A DNA stretch of 17,206 bases from Polyangiales bacterium (lineage in GTDB: Bacteria; Myxococcota_A; Polyangia; Polyangiales; Polyangiaceae): positions 1 through 17,206 of the forward strand of contig JBBRNJ010000126.1 in the NCBI GenBank assembly GCA_038230375.1. The letters run 5' to 3'. Under the pieces are notes generated by a model. That model searched no databases. It had not been told where the DNA came from and was given only the letters and a program-made list of their open reading frames with translations. Position numbers and translations under genes: made by a program. Positions 8,477-16,408 of the stretch are shown here, in pieces (position 1 is the stretch's first letter; each line of letters starts with the position of its first letter).

Positions 8477-10057
8477 ATGACGAAGATCGACGCCGTGTCC
8501 CCCGTGCCCTCCGTGTCCCCCACGTCGGCCGCCCAGGGTGAAGGGGAGCCCAGGACGCAGCTCGTCGATCCCGCTTTGAAACAGGGGGATCCCAGGCCGC
8601 CGCAAGCGGATGGAACGGATGCGCCGGCGCAGCCGCTCTTCGCGACGATGCTCGCCGATGCCGCGGCACCGCTGGAGAACAAGACCAAGGCGGGGCTCCC
8701 GCTCCCGCTCGCGAACACGCCTGCCTTCACGCTGGGTACGCAGGTCCACGAGAAGGGCGCCGTTGCAGGCGATCCCCGGAAGAAGACCGCGCCGAAGACG
8801 CTCTCCGATCCGAAGAAGAAGACGGACGATGCAGGCCGAGCGCCCACCGCGACCAACGTTCCCATCGTTCCCGCGGAGCGCGCATTTCCCGCCATACCGT
8901 TGACGCTTCCGTCGTTCGAGGAGGGGGCCGCGTTGACGGCGACCACGTCGGAGGTCGGCACCGCGATCGAGAACCAGCTCTCGGGCGGCGCAGGCACGCT
9001 CGATCATGTCGCGCTCAGCCTGCAGGCGAGCGCGGCTACGGACGCACGGAACGGCCTGGCGGCGATGAGCGGCGTCCACCGTACGGCAAAGGCCATCGCG
9101 GAAGATCAGTCGCGCATCGGCGTGTCCACATCGGAGAGCGCGCGGACGTACGCAGCGATCGCGAAGGCCACGCCCACGCCCGTGACGAACATGATTCACG
9201 CGGCAGCGACGTCGGCGGAAGAGCCGCGCGCGCGAAAGGTGGAGGGCGGAGCCACGCATGCCGCGGAGGCAGAGGACGCGAAGACCACCACGCGAACCAC
9301 GGTCGCCAGCGCGGACGCAGCACGGAGCGGCGATCGCAACGAGCGCGGCTCGCACGACGGCACGTCATCGCACGCGCAGGCGCGACCGCACACAGAGAGC
9401 ACTGACACGAACGACACCGCAGCGCCGAGCGATGGCAAGAGCGACGCAGAAGGCCCGACGCGTTCACCCGGGGGCGCGCCCGCACACGTGGCATTCTCGA
9501 TTCCCGTGCCGACCCATGCGCCGTTTCCGTCCGCAGCGCCGGTGACGAAGCCGGAGGAGGTGCGCGCCGCGTTCGCAGAGGACACGATGAGCGGCGTGGA
9601 GCGGGCTGCTCTCTCTGGACACGAGCGAACGGATTTCGAGGTGCGTGCGTTCGACGGGACGCGCGTTGCGATCAACGTGCAGCTGCGCGACGACAACAAG
9701 GTGCACGTTGGTTTCGCGTTCGACGGGAAACACACGGCAGCGGAGGCGACGGTGCGCGCGACGCTTGGCTCGCTCGAGACGCGGCTTGGTGAGCGCGGCC
9801 TCTCCACGGTCGTGTCGTTCGGCACGCTGCAGCGCTCGCCACAAGAGGTGGGCGTGACGGCCGCAAGCAATGCTGGTGGCGCAGGCGGACATGCGACGGC
9901 GAACGGCCACGGTGGGAATGGCAAGAACGGCGACCCGCGCGAGCAAGCGCCGCAGCTGGCCGAGGTGACGGAGCTCCCGAGGCAACGTCAGGCAGACGCA
10001 CGAGCGTCGAAGGCGACGGTGCCCACACCGAACGGACGCGGCGGCTGGGTCGCGTGA
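8477..10057 (+). CDS. Low-complexity protein with a FliK/SctP (hook/needle-length control)-like C-terminal domain
   Basis: Long Ala/Pro/Thr/Ser-rich disordered region, then a compact domain (FEVRAFDGTRVAINVQLRDDNKVHVGFAF...TVRATLGSLETRLGERGLSTVVSF) resembling the T3S4 domain. The start is moved to ATG 8477 because earlier starts overlap the divergent gene. Confidence 0.6.
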   Translation: MTKIDAVSPVPSVSPTSAAQGEGEPRTQLVDPALKQGDPRPPQADGTDAPAQPLFATMLADAAAPLENKTKAGLPLPLANTPAFTLGTQVHEKGAVAGDPRKKTAPKTLSDPKKKTDDAGRAPTATNVPIVPAERAFPAIPLTLPSFEEGAALTATTSEVGTAIENQLSGGAGTLDHVALSLQASAATDARNGLAAMSGVHRTAKAIAEDQSRIGVSTSESARTYAAIAKATPTPVTNMIHAAATSAEEPRARKVEGGATHAAEAEDAKTTTRTTVASADAARSGDRNERGSHDGTSSHAQARPHTESTDTNDTAAPSDGKSDAEGPTRSPGGAPAHVAFSIPVPTHAPFPSAAPVTKPEEVRAAFAEDTMSGVERAALSGHERTDFEVRAFDGTRVAINVQLRDDNKVHVGFAFDGKHTAAEATVRATLGSLETRLGERGLSTVVSFGTLQRSPQEVGVTAASNAGGAGGHATANGHGGNGKNGDPREQAPQLAEVTELPRQRQADARASKATVPTPNGRGGWVA

Positions 10058-10423
10058 TCAGTCGATGCGGAAGGTCTTGCCCACGGTGACGGGCGCGCCC
10101 GAGAACTTGGGGACGCGGGTGCGCTTGAACTGCATCGCGATGCAACGGCCGACGGCGGTGGCCTTGAACGGCGCGCGATCGACGACCGCTTCCTGAACTT
10201 CGCCGGTGGGCGCGAACGTCACCATGATGTGGCCGTCGCCCGTCGGTCCCTTCGACTGCTTGCAGGGAAGCGTGGAGACCTGTGACAGCTCGCGTGATGC
10301 CGCGCCGCGATCGAAGACTGGCCCGGACGTCTCGGTCGGCGGCGGCGCGGGCTTCTTGGCGAAGGCCGGGAAGGCGACGGTGACGATGGCGACAGCGAGG
10401 ACGGTCATGTGGGCGCGGAGCAT
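10058..10423 (-). CDS. Small secreted protein with AgmX/PglI C-terminal (TonB-C-like) domain
   Basis: Signal peptide (AFA-K), Pro-rich linker, then C....G.G.I.VTFAPTG.V....V...PF..T.VG.CI...F....VP.F.G.PVTV...F.I, the myxobacterial TonB-C-like pattern. Confidence 0.8.
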   Translation of the reverse strand: MLRAHMTVLAVAIVTVAFPAFAKKPAPPPTETSGPVFDRGAASRELSQVSTLPCKQSKGPTGDGHIMVTFAPTGEVQEAVVDRAPFKATAVGRCIAMQFKRTRVPKFSGAPVTVGKTFRID

Positions 10424-10653
10424 GACCCAGGTAGCTGCAAGGTCGGGGCCGTCGCTCGTTGCTCGATCTCGGGATCACGAGAGGCAGGAAATCCCGGAAA
10501 TGTGGGGAAATTGGCCTGAAGACTGTGGATCGAGATGGGTCCATGCGGGACGACCTCGGGCCTCACAAGGGCCTACGCGAACTGTCACCCGGAGGCGACA
10601 GCGGCTCGGGGGCCACGGGCGCGAGCAGGGACCGCGTGCTATCCACTCGCGCG

Positions 10654-11136
10654 ATGGGTGCGGTCTGGCTCCGAAGAACATTGATCCTGCTGGGCGTGAG
10701 CGCCTGCGTGGTGGGATGCAGTGCTGCTGGCTGGCTTGGCGGAACGCTCGGCGGTGTCGTGGGCGCGACGAGCAATGACCACTGCGACCGGCGCTACATC
10801 GCCGACGGCGGCAACAACGGCCCGTTCTGCCAGGAGATCGTCGACACGGTCGCGGGCGGTCAATTCCAGGACGACTGCCGCACGAAGTTCCAGGCCGAGA
10901 CCGGCGACGGGCGTTGCACGCGCACCGGCGTGATCGCAGGCTGCAAGAACAAGAAGGTCAACGACGACAAGTCCGAGGTCTGGGACTGGTACTACGACGT
11001 GAGCGGCCTGGAGATCGAAGCGGGCGTAGAAGCAGGGGCCCTCTTCCCGAACGCCCCCAAGACCGTCGCCGACGTCAACGCACGCTGCATAGACCTGAAG
11101 CGCTACGAAGACGGAGCCGAGCTCGCCAATCCGTGA
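10654..11136 (+). CDS. Hypothetical Cys-rich lipoprotein
   Basis: MGAVWLRRTLILLGVSACVVG-C lipobox, six further Cys in the mature part and strong GC3. The start is chosen at ATG 10654 within ORF 10459..11136. Confidence 0.75.
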   Translation: MGAVWLRRTLILLGVSACVVGCSAAGWLGGTLGGVVGATSNDHCDRRYIADGGNNGPFCQEIVDTVAGGQFQDDCRTKFQAETGDGRCTRTGVIAGCKNKKVNDDKSEVWDWYYDVSGLEIEAGVEAGALFPNAPKTVADVNARCIDLKRYEDGAELANP

Positions 11137-11151
11137 GCAACCCTGACGCAC

Positions 11152-11192
11152 AAAAACCGAACGCCTCGACCTCCTTCAACAGGAAGCGAGGC
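11152..11192 (-). terminator. Intrinsic terminator downstream of tRNA-Ser
   Basis: Minus strand GCCTCG-CTTCC-(TGTTGAA)-GGAGG-T-CGAGGC hairpin followed by GTTCGGTTTTT. Confidence 0.6.
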
Positions 11193-11195
11193 AGC

Positions 11196-11284
<89 letters not shown>

Positions 11285-11296
11285 TGAGGAAAGGCC

Positions 11297-11325
11297 TGAA
11301 TAACGCGACTCGAACTGCCGCGCAA
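11297..11325 (-). promoter_or_regulatory. Candidate sigma-70-type promoter for tRNA-Ser
   Basis: TTGCGC-N17-TATTCA, ending 12 nt upstream of the tRNA 5' end. Confidence 0.35.
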
Positions 11326-11350
11326 GCCTGGGGCCTGGAGAAACGTTGAC

Positions 11351-11391
11351 AGATAAAGTTGTGTTGACTTTTTCTGCCCCAGCGCCATGAT
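11351..11391 (+). promoter_or_regulatory. Promoter (TTGACT-N16-CATGAT) overlapped by a GT-N7-AC palindrome (NrtR-like operator)
   Basis: AGATAAAGT-N7-ACTTTTTCT at 11351-11375 (8 of 9 arm positions match) covers the -35; the -10 ends 6 nt before ATG 11398; no SD is present. Confidence 0.6.
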
Positions 11392-11397
11392 GCCGGC

Positions 11398-11943
11398 ATG
11401 CTCACCAGACAGCAGCTGATCGACCGCATGAACGCGGGCGAAAGCCCTTCGTTCTTGTTCTTCTGGGGACACACCCCGAAGAGCGCGACGGCCGTGGATG
11501 CATCGTGTCTGAGCCAGTGGTTTCCGCGTGCGTTCGAGCTCGAGGGTCACACGTACGCGAGCGCGGAGCACTTCATGATGGCGGAGAAGGCGCGCCTCTT
11601 CGGTGACGACGAGATGCAAAGGTCGGTGCTCGGCGCAAGGACGCCGGCAGAGGCAAAGGCGTTCGGGCGTGCGGTCCGCAACTACGACGATGCGGTGTGG
11701 TCCCGCGAGCGTTCGAAGCTCGTCGCGCGAGGCAACGTCGCCAAGTTCGGCGCGCACGACGACCTGCGGAGGTTCCTCCTGTCCACGAACGACCGGGTGC
11801 TGGTGGAGGCGAGCCCGCGCGATCGCATCTGGGGAATCGGGATGGGAAAGGCCAACCCCGATGCGCGGTTGCCCGAGCGTTGGCGCGGCGAGAACCTCCT
11901 TGGCTTCGCGCTCATGGCCGCGCGCGACGCCTTGCGGGGGTAG
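11398..11943 (+). CDS. NADAR (YbiA-like) family protein
   Basis: FLFFWGH, CLSQW, Y.SAEHFMMAEKARLFGD, AKAFGRAV, GNVAKF, LVEASPRDRIWGIG and WRGENLLGFALM are NADAR family motifs. Confidence 0.95.
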   Translation: MLTRQQLIDRMNAGESPSFLFFWGHTPKSATAVDASCLSQWFPRAFELEGHTYASAEHFMMAEKARLFGDDEMQRSVLGARTPAEAKAFGRAVRNYDDAVWSRERSKLVARGNVAKFGAHDDLRRFLLSTNDRVLVEASPRDRIWGIGMGKANPDARLPERWRGENLLGFALMAARDALRG

Positions 11944-12101
11944 CGGCCCCATCGGCGGCGCCTGTGCACTCCGGTGATCCACGCACCGCGACGGCGATCC
12001 ACGTTTCACTGGAGTGTTTCACTGTGGCGACACTCGGCGACCAAGATCACACGAGTTTGTGATCCACCCCTCGGGGCACACTGTGTGCAACTGAGCGCTG
12101 C

Positions 12102-13463
12102 ATGCTCATGCTTCGACCGATCCGTGGGAAGACGGGCCTCTGCATGCTGCTCGCGTGCGCCTCGTTTGCGCTCGGTGGGTGCGGCGGTCCGTCCGAGGAC
12201 GTGGGCACCAACGCGACGTCCGCGCTCGATGAGAGCTGCAGCTACGACAAGGGGATGACCGCACGGCAGACGCTCGCGAACGTGCCAAGCTCCATTCCGT
12301 TGAAGCACATCATCATCGTGATGCAGGAGAACCGGTCCTTCGATCACATGCTCGGGTCGCTGGCGCTCGAGGGCAAGGACGTGGACGGCGTGCCCGCGGA
12401 CTTCGTCAACGAGGATCGCAACGGCAACCCGGTCAACTTCTGGCACCGAACGGACACGTGCTTCGACGCGGACTCGCCGCACAACGAAGAGGCGCTGGAG
12501 TCATCCGTCGACGGAGACCGGATGGACACGTTCGTGGAGAGCGCAGCCACCGACAAGAGCGACGGCCACTACGTGATGAGCTACTACACGCGCGCCGAGC
12601 TGCCGTTCTACTATTACCTGACGGACGCGTTCGCCACGTCCGATCGCTACTTCTCCGCGATGCTGGGCCCCACCGATCCCAACCGCGACTTCCTCTATGC
12701 GGCGACGTCCAACGGCGTGAACTACACGCAGTCGGGCAGCTCCGACAAACCCATGAAGGGCGTGAAGACCATCTACAACCTGCTCGACGAGCACCACGTC
12801 TCGTGGGGCGTGTACTCGAGCGGGCAGCCGCGACAGGGCGCGCTCGGATGGACCTGCGGCCACAAGGGGTTCCACAGCGATGGCGACTTCTTCGATGCGC
12901 TCCACGACGACAAGCTGCCGAGCGTGGTCTTCGTCGACCCGGGCGAGGGCCAGGACGAACACCCGCCGCACGATGTGCAGAAGGGTGAGAAGTTCGCGAA
13001 GAAGATCTTCGAGGCCGTCACCTCGAGCAAGGCGTGGTCATCCACTGCGCTGTTCTTCACTTACGACGAGGGCGGAGGGATCGCGGACCACGTGTCACCG
13101 CCCGCCGCCTGCGCCCCGAGCCCGGAGTTTCCGTCGTTCGATCGGCTCGGGGAGCGCGTGCCCGTCATCCTGGTGTCGCCGTTCGCGAAGCCCGGATACG
13201 TCTCGCACGAGACGCACTCGCATACGTCGCTCCTCCGCCTGATCGAGGCCACGTGGGATCTGCCCGCGCTCACGGCGCGCGACGCGAACTCCGACGCGAT
13301 GCTGGACATGTTCGACTTTGGTCGGTCGCCCTACAACTGCCCAGGCGCGGGCCCGCTCCCGGGTCGCGGTGGATGCGTGAACGACCCCACAGACACGTTC
13401 CTGAACAAGGTCGGCTCGTGGTTCGGAAACGCCTGGACCGACGCCTCCAACGGCTGCTTCTAG
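12102..13463 (+). CDS. Phosphoesterase family (phospholipase C / acid phosphatase AcpA-like) lipoprotein
   Basis: KHIIIVMQENRSFDHMLG, GPTDPNR (Thr nucleophile position), DEHPP, TYDEGGG..DHV.PP, LG.RVP.ILVSPFAKPGYVSH and HTSLLRLIE; lipobox ALGG-C. The start may be 12102 or 12108. Confidence 0.93.
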   Translation: MLMLRPIRGKTGLCMLLACASFALGGCGGPSEDVGTNATSALDESCSYDKGMTARQTLANVPSSIPLKHIIIVMQENRSFDHMLGSLALEGKDVDGVPADFVNEDRNGNPVNFWHRTDTCFDADSPHNEEALESSVDGDRMDTFVESAATDKSDGHYVMSYYTRAELPFYYYLTDAFATSDRYFSAMLGPTDPNRDFLYAATSNGVNYTQSGSSDKPMKGVKTIYNLLDEHHVSWGVYSSGQPRQGALGWTCGHKGFHSDGDFFDALHDDKLPSVVFVDPGEGQDEHPPHDVQKGEKFAKKIFEAVTSSKAWSSTALFFTYDEGGGIADHVSPPAACAPSPEFPSFDRLGERVPVILVSPFAKPGYVSHETHSHTSLLRLIEATWDLPALTARDANSDAMLDMFDFGRSPYNCPGAGPLPGRGGCVNDPTDTFLNKVGSWFGNAWTDASNGCF

Positions 13464-13486
13464 AGACGTCGACGGCGTCTACACCA

Positions 13487-13759
13487 TCAGGTTCGGGCAG
13501 CTCGGAGGGCCCAGCGCTTCTTGGCTTTCTCTCGCTCGCCCTCGCGTGTGCGTGGCTCGCCGCGCGCGGGTAGCTGCGCGAGGAGCGCGCGCGTGGTGGC
13601 GGCGACGTCCTCGATGGCCTTCTCGAACGCTGCGTCCGTGGCCGCGGGCGCCTTCTGATAGCCGCTCACCTTGCGTACGAACTGGAGCGCAGCCGCGCGG
13701 ACCTCGTCTTCGGTGACGGGTGGCTCGAAATGGTGAAGGACGCGGATGTTGCGGCACAT
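13487..13759 (-). CDS. DUF2277 family protein
   Basis: MCRNIRVLHHFEPPVTEDEVRAAALQFVRKVSG is the characteristic N-terminus; AGGAGG lies upstream of ATG 13759. Confidence 0.9.
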   Translation of the reverse strand: MCRNIRVLHHFEPPVTEDEVRAAALQFVRKVSGYQKAPAATDAAFEKAIEDVAATTRALLAQLPARGEPRTREGEREKAKKRWALRAART

Positions 13760-13775
13760 GGAGGAAGGATACCTC

Positions 13776-14555
13776 CTACTTGTAGAGGAGCGCGAGCTGA
13801 CCCTTCGCCGAGAGAACGCCAAGGTCCATGCAGAGCCCGACTGCGCAGTGCACGACGACTCCACCTGCGATCGAGCGCGTGCGCAGCGCGAAGGCACCCA
13901 GCACGATCCCCGTGACGATGGAGCCTGCGCATTCCGCGAATGGCTTCTGCATGTGGATGATCGCGTAGGGCAGCACCATCACGAAGATGGCAAGCCACCC
14001 AAGGCTCCGCGCGAGCGCGAACAGCAGGAACCCACGGTAGAAGAGCTCCACCATCAGGAACTGGAACGCGTATGCGAGCTCCCACGTGACAAGGCGCGAC
14101 ATCGAGTCGCCCGCGCCTGGACACTTCGGATAGGCCGCGGCGAACGACGCGTCGCGCGATGCGAGCAACGTCACCGGCAGCATGACGACCAGCGCGAGCG
14201 CGACGAGCTTCCATGACGCTGCTTGCCGCGGCCACACAAGCCCGTGCTCTCGCAGGCCGCGATGCAGGACGAAGCGCATGCACAGCCAGGGCAACACGCC
14301 GAAGTGAACGCCCTTCCATAGCGCCCAGAAGAGCTGCGCGTGCATCTCGGGCGCCGGCCACGCGGACGAGAGCCCTTGCAGGAACGTGGAGCCCTGGAAC
14401 GACTCCGGGCTTCCGAGCAGCTTCGGCATGATGATCGCGACGGTCGCGAACAGCAGCACCCACGCAGCACTCGCGCGCGGCAGATCGTCACGCTTGTGAT
14501 CGCGGTCGATCTGCGCGCACTGCTCTTCCACGAAGCGAGCCACCTGCACGACCAT
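13776..14555 (-). CDS. CPBP (type II CAAX/Abi) family intramembrane metalloprotease
   Basis: Multiple TM segments with VELFYRG, PYAIIH..KP..E and H.....MD motifs. The start is uncertain (ATG 14555 or GTG 14576). Confidence 0.88.
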   Translation of the reverse strand: MVVQVARFVEEQCAQIDRDHKRDDLPRASAAWVLLFATVAIIMPKLLGSPESFQGSTFLQGLSSAWPAPEMHAQLFWALWKGVHFGVLPWLCMRFVLHRGLREHGLVWPRQAASWKLVALALVVMLPVTLLASRDASFAAAYPKCPGAGDSMSRLVTWELAYAFQFLMVELFYRGFLLFALARSLGWLAIFVMVLPYAIIHMQKPFAECAGSIVTGIVLGAFALRTRSIAGGVVVHCAVGLCMDLGVLSAKGQLALLYK

Positions 14556-14705
14556 CCACGTCACTATCCTGCGCACCGACCACGGTTGTCCATGTTTCGA
14601 TCGCTGGTTTTTCAGGCCCGATTCACCTGGAGTGTGATTCGCTGACTTCCGGCGGTAGAACTGTGTTGCCTTCGGGGAAGGCACTGACAACAAGGGGTTT
14701 CCGAC

Positions 14706-15188
14706 ATGACAAAGACAATGACTCTTTCTTTCGGAGTGGCGCTCGGCGCGCTCTTCATCGCGACGCCTGCGTTTGCCGACGCACTGCCGCCGTCCGGCGA
14801 AGACTGCGCCATGAACGGCGGCACGGTGGCCATCGGTGGCGCGTGCAGCCTTCATGATACGGCGAACACGGCGGGCACGTGCCAGCTGACCTCGTGCAGC
14901 CACACGCCGAACCCCACGTCATGCGACGCAGGCGGCGCGGATGGAGGCTGCGGCCCTGTCGATTCGCCGTGCGTTCTTTGCATCGCAGGGAGCGCTGGAG
15001 GCGGAGATGGCGGCGCGGCGACCGGCGACGGTGGCGCGGCGACCGGCGATGGCGGCACCACGGGCAAGACCTCGTCAGGCGGCTGCGCGGTGACGGGCAA
15101 CGACGGATCACCCTGGAACATCCTGCTTCCGCTGGGCCTGGCAGCGCTCGTGCCGCTGGCTCTGCGCCGCAAGAAGAACAAGGCATGA
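14706..15188 (+). CDS. Small Cys-rich secreted protein with MYXO-CTERM sorting signal
   Basis: Signal peptide (PAFA-D); eight-Cys domain; Gly-rich linker; SSGGCAV motif followed by a TM segment and a basic tail RRKKNKA. Confidence 0.88.
   Translation: MTKTMTLSFGVALGALFIATPAFADALPPSGEDCAMNGGTVAIGGACSLHDTANTAGTCQLTSCSHTPNPTSCDAGGADGGCGPVDSPCVLCIAGSAGGGDGGAATGDGGAATGDGGTTGKTSSGGCAVTGNDGSPWNILLPLGLAALVPLALRRKKNKA
15003..15056 (+). repeat. Coding 21-bp tandem repeat (GDGGAAT x~2.5)
   Basis: GGAGATGGCGGCGCGGCGACC / GGCGACGGTGGCGCGGCGACC / GGCGATGGCGGC in the linker. Confidence 0.8.
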
Positions 15189-15204
15189 GCGAAGAGCGAA
15201 CTTG

Positions 15205-16332
15205 ATGAACGTACGTGTGACGAAGGTGCTCTTCGAGGGAGCGGTCACGGCGCTTGGTCCACTGGATCGAGCCCGTGGGGCCGTGTTGTCGCTCGGCGCG
15301 CGCGCGGCACGCCCGCTGCTGCGTGATCGCGGGCTGCGCGTACTCGTGCTCGCGAGCCTCTCCGTCACGGTCGCGTTCCTGGGCGCGTGGTTCTTTCCGA
15401 TGGTGCTGCTTGCGCTCGGGCCCATCGCGCTCGGCGTGCCGCATCTTCTCTCCGACGTGCGGTACCTGGTCGCGCTGCCGGGGCTGCACAGGCGCGCGGC
15501 GTTCTGGGTGCTCGTCGTCGGTCCGCTCGGGGTCGTGTACTCGCGGCCAGAGGTGTGGGTCGGCCTGGTGTGCGCGATGGGCGCTGCGGTGATCGCCAGG
15601 ACCACCGTGCCGCGAAAGGCCGCGGCCGTGCTGACGCTGGGCGCGCTTGCGATCTGGGTGCACGGGCACCGCGGCGTGGCGGAGATCTGGATGGCGCACG
15701 CGCACAACATCGTGGCGCTCGTGATGTGGACGCTCTTCTTTCGTGGCAGGTCCAGGAGTGCGGGCGTGGGCGCGCGGAGGCACCTCTGGGTCGCGCTCCT
15801 CTTCGCATTGCTGGGCACGCTCCTCTTCGTGATGCCCTTGCGAGAGAGCGCGGACACGTTTGCCGGCCTCACGCTCGACGTGCAGATGCGGTCACTCTCG
15901 CCGGTCGTGGACCCCGAGCTGTCGTTCCGCTTCGTGCTCTTCTTCGCCTTCGCGCAGTCCGTGCATTACGCGGTGTGGCTACGAGCAGTGCCAGACGAGG
16001 CGCGACAGCGCGCGGGCATCAGATCTTTCGCGTCGACTACGAGGGCCCTACGCGCGGACGTGGGGCCGTGGATCCTTGGGGCGTTCGTGGCTGGCTTTGT
16101 CGGAATTGCGGCATGGGCGTTGCGTGATCTCGTCGCGGCGAGGACAGGGTACCTGCGGCTGGCGATCTCGCATGGGTACCTGGAGATCGCGGTGGCGGCG
16201 CTGTTCCTGCTGGAGAAGACGACGAGTTCGACGACGACTTCGACTTCGACTTCGACGACGACATCGACGACGACATCGACTTCGACTTCGACTTCGACAT
16301 CGACGGCGACTTCGACTTCGACTTCGATCTGA
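15205..16332 (+). CDS. Polytopic membrane protein with TM-associated His residues (Brp/Blh-like by resemblance) and a repeat-derived Ser/Thr tail
   Basis: Many TM segments; GVPHLLSD, AHAHN, QSVHY and SHGY motifs; the last ~37 residues are translated hexamer array. Confidence 0.75.
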   Translation: MNVRVTKVLFEGAVTALGPLDRARGAVLSLGARAARPLLRDRGLRVLVLASLSVTVAFLGAWFFPMVLLALGPIALGVPHLLSDVRYLVALPGLHRRAAFWVLVVGPLGVVYSRPEVWVGLVCAMGAAVIARTTVPRKAAAVLTLGALAIWVHGHRGVAEIWMAHAHNIVALVMWTLFFRGRSRSAGVGARRHLWVALLFALLGTLLFVMPLRESADTFAGLTLDVQMRSLSPVVDPELSFRFVLFFAFAQSVHYAVWLRAVPDEARQRAGIRSFASTTRALRADVGPWILGAFVAGFVGIAAWALRDLVAARTGYLRLAISHGYLEIAVAALFLLEKTTSSTTTSTSTSTTTSTTTSTSTSTSTSTATSTSTSI

Positions 16333-16408
16333 ACCTCACCCTCGACCTCACCCTCGACCTCGATCTGAACCTCACCCTCGACCTCACCCTCGACCTCGAC
16401 CTCACCTC
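16218..16408. repeat. Hexamer tandem array: 18 GACNNC-type units, then a duplicated 36-bp unit
   Basis: GACGAC/GACTTC/GACATC/GACGGC units (one GAGTTC) at 16218-16325; GATCTGAACCTCACCCTCGACCTCACCCTCGACCTC occurs twice at 16326-16397; GACCTC-ACCTC continues to 16408. Confidence 0.96.

Noticed and set aside
12003..12024. GTTTCACTG direct repeat upstream of the phosphoesterase as a Pho box
   Set aside because: The period is 13 bp rather than the 11 bp of PhoB boxes and the match is weak; an unknown regulator site cannot be excluded.
15860..16408. 5' part of the 262-aa ORF and the antisense 219-aa ORF (16037..16696)
   Set aside because: They are open only because the repeat array lacks stops in those frames; only 16409..16648 has family similarity.
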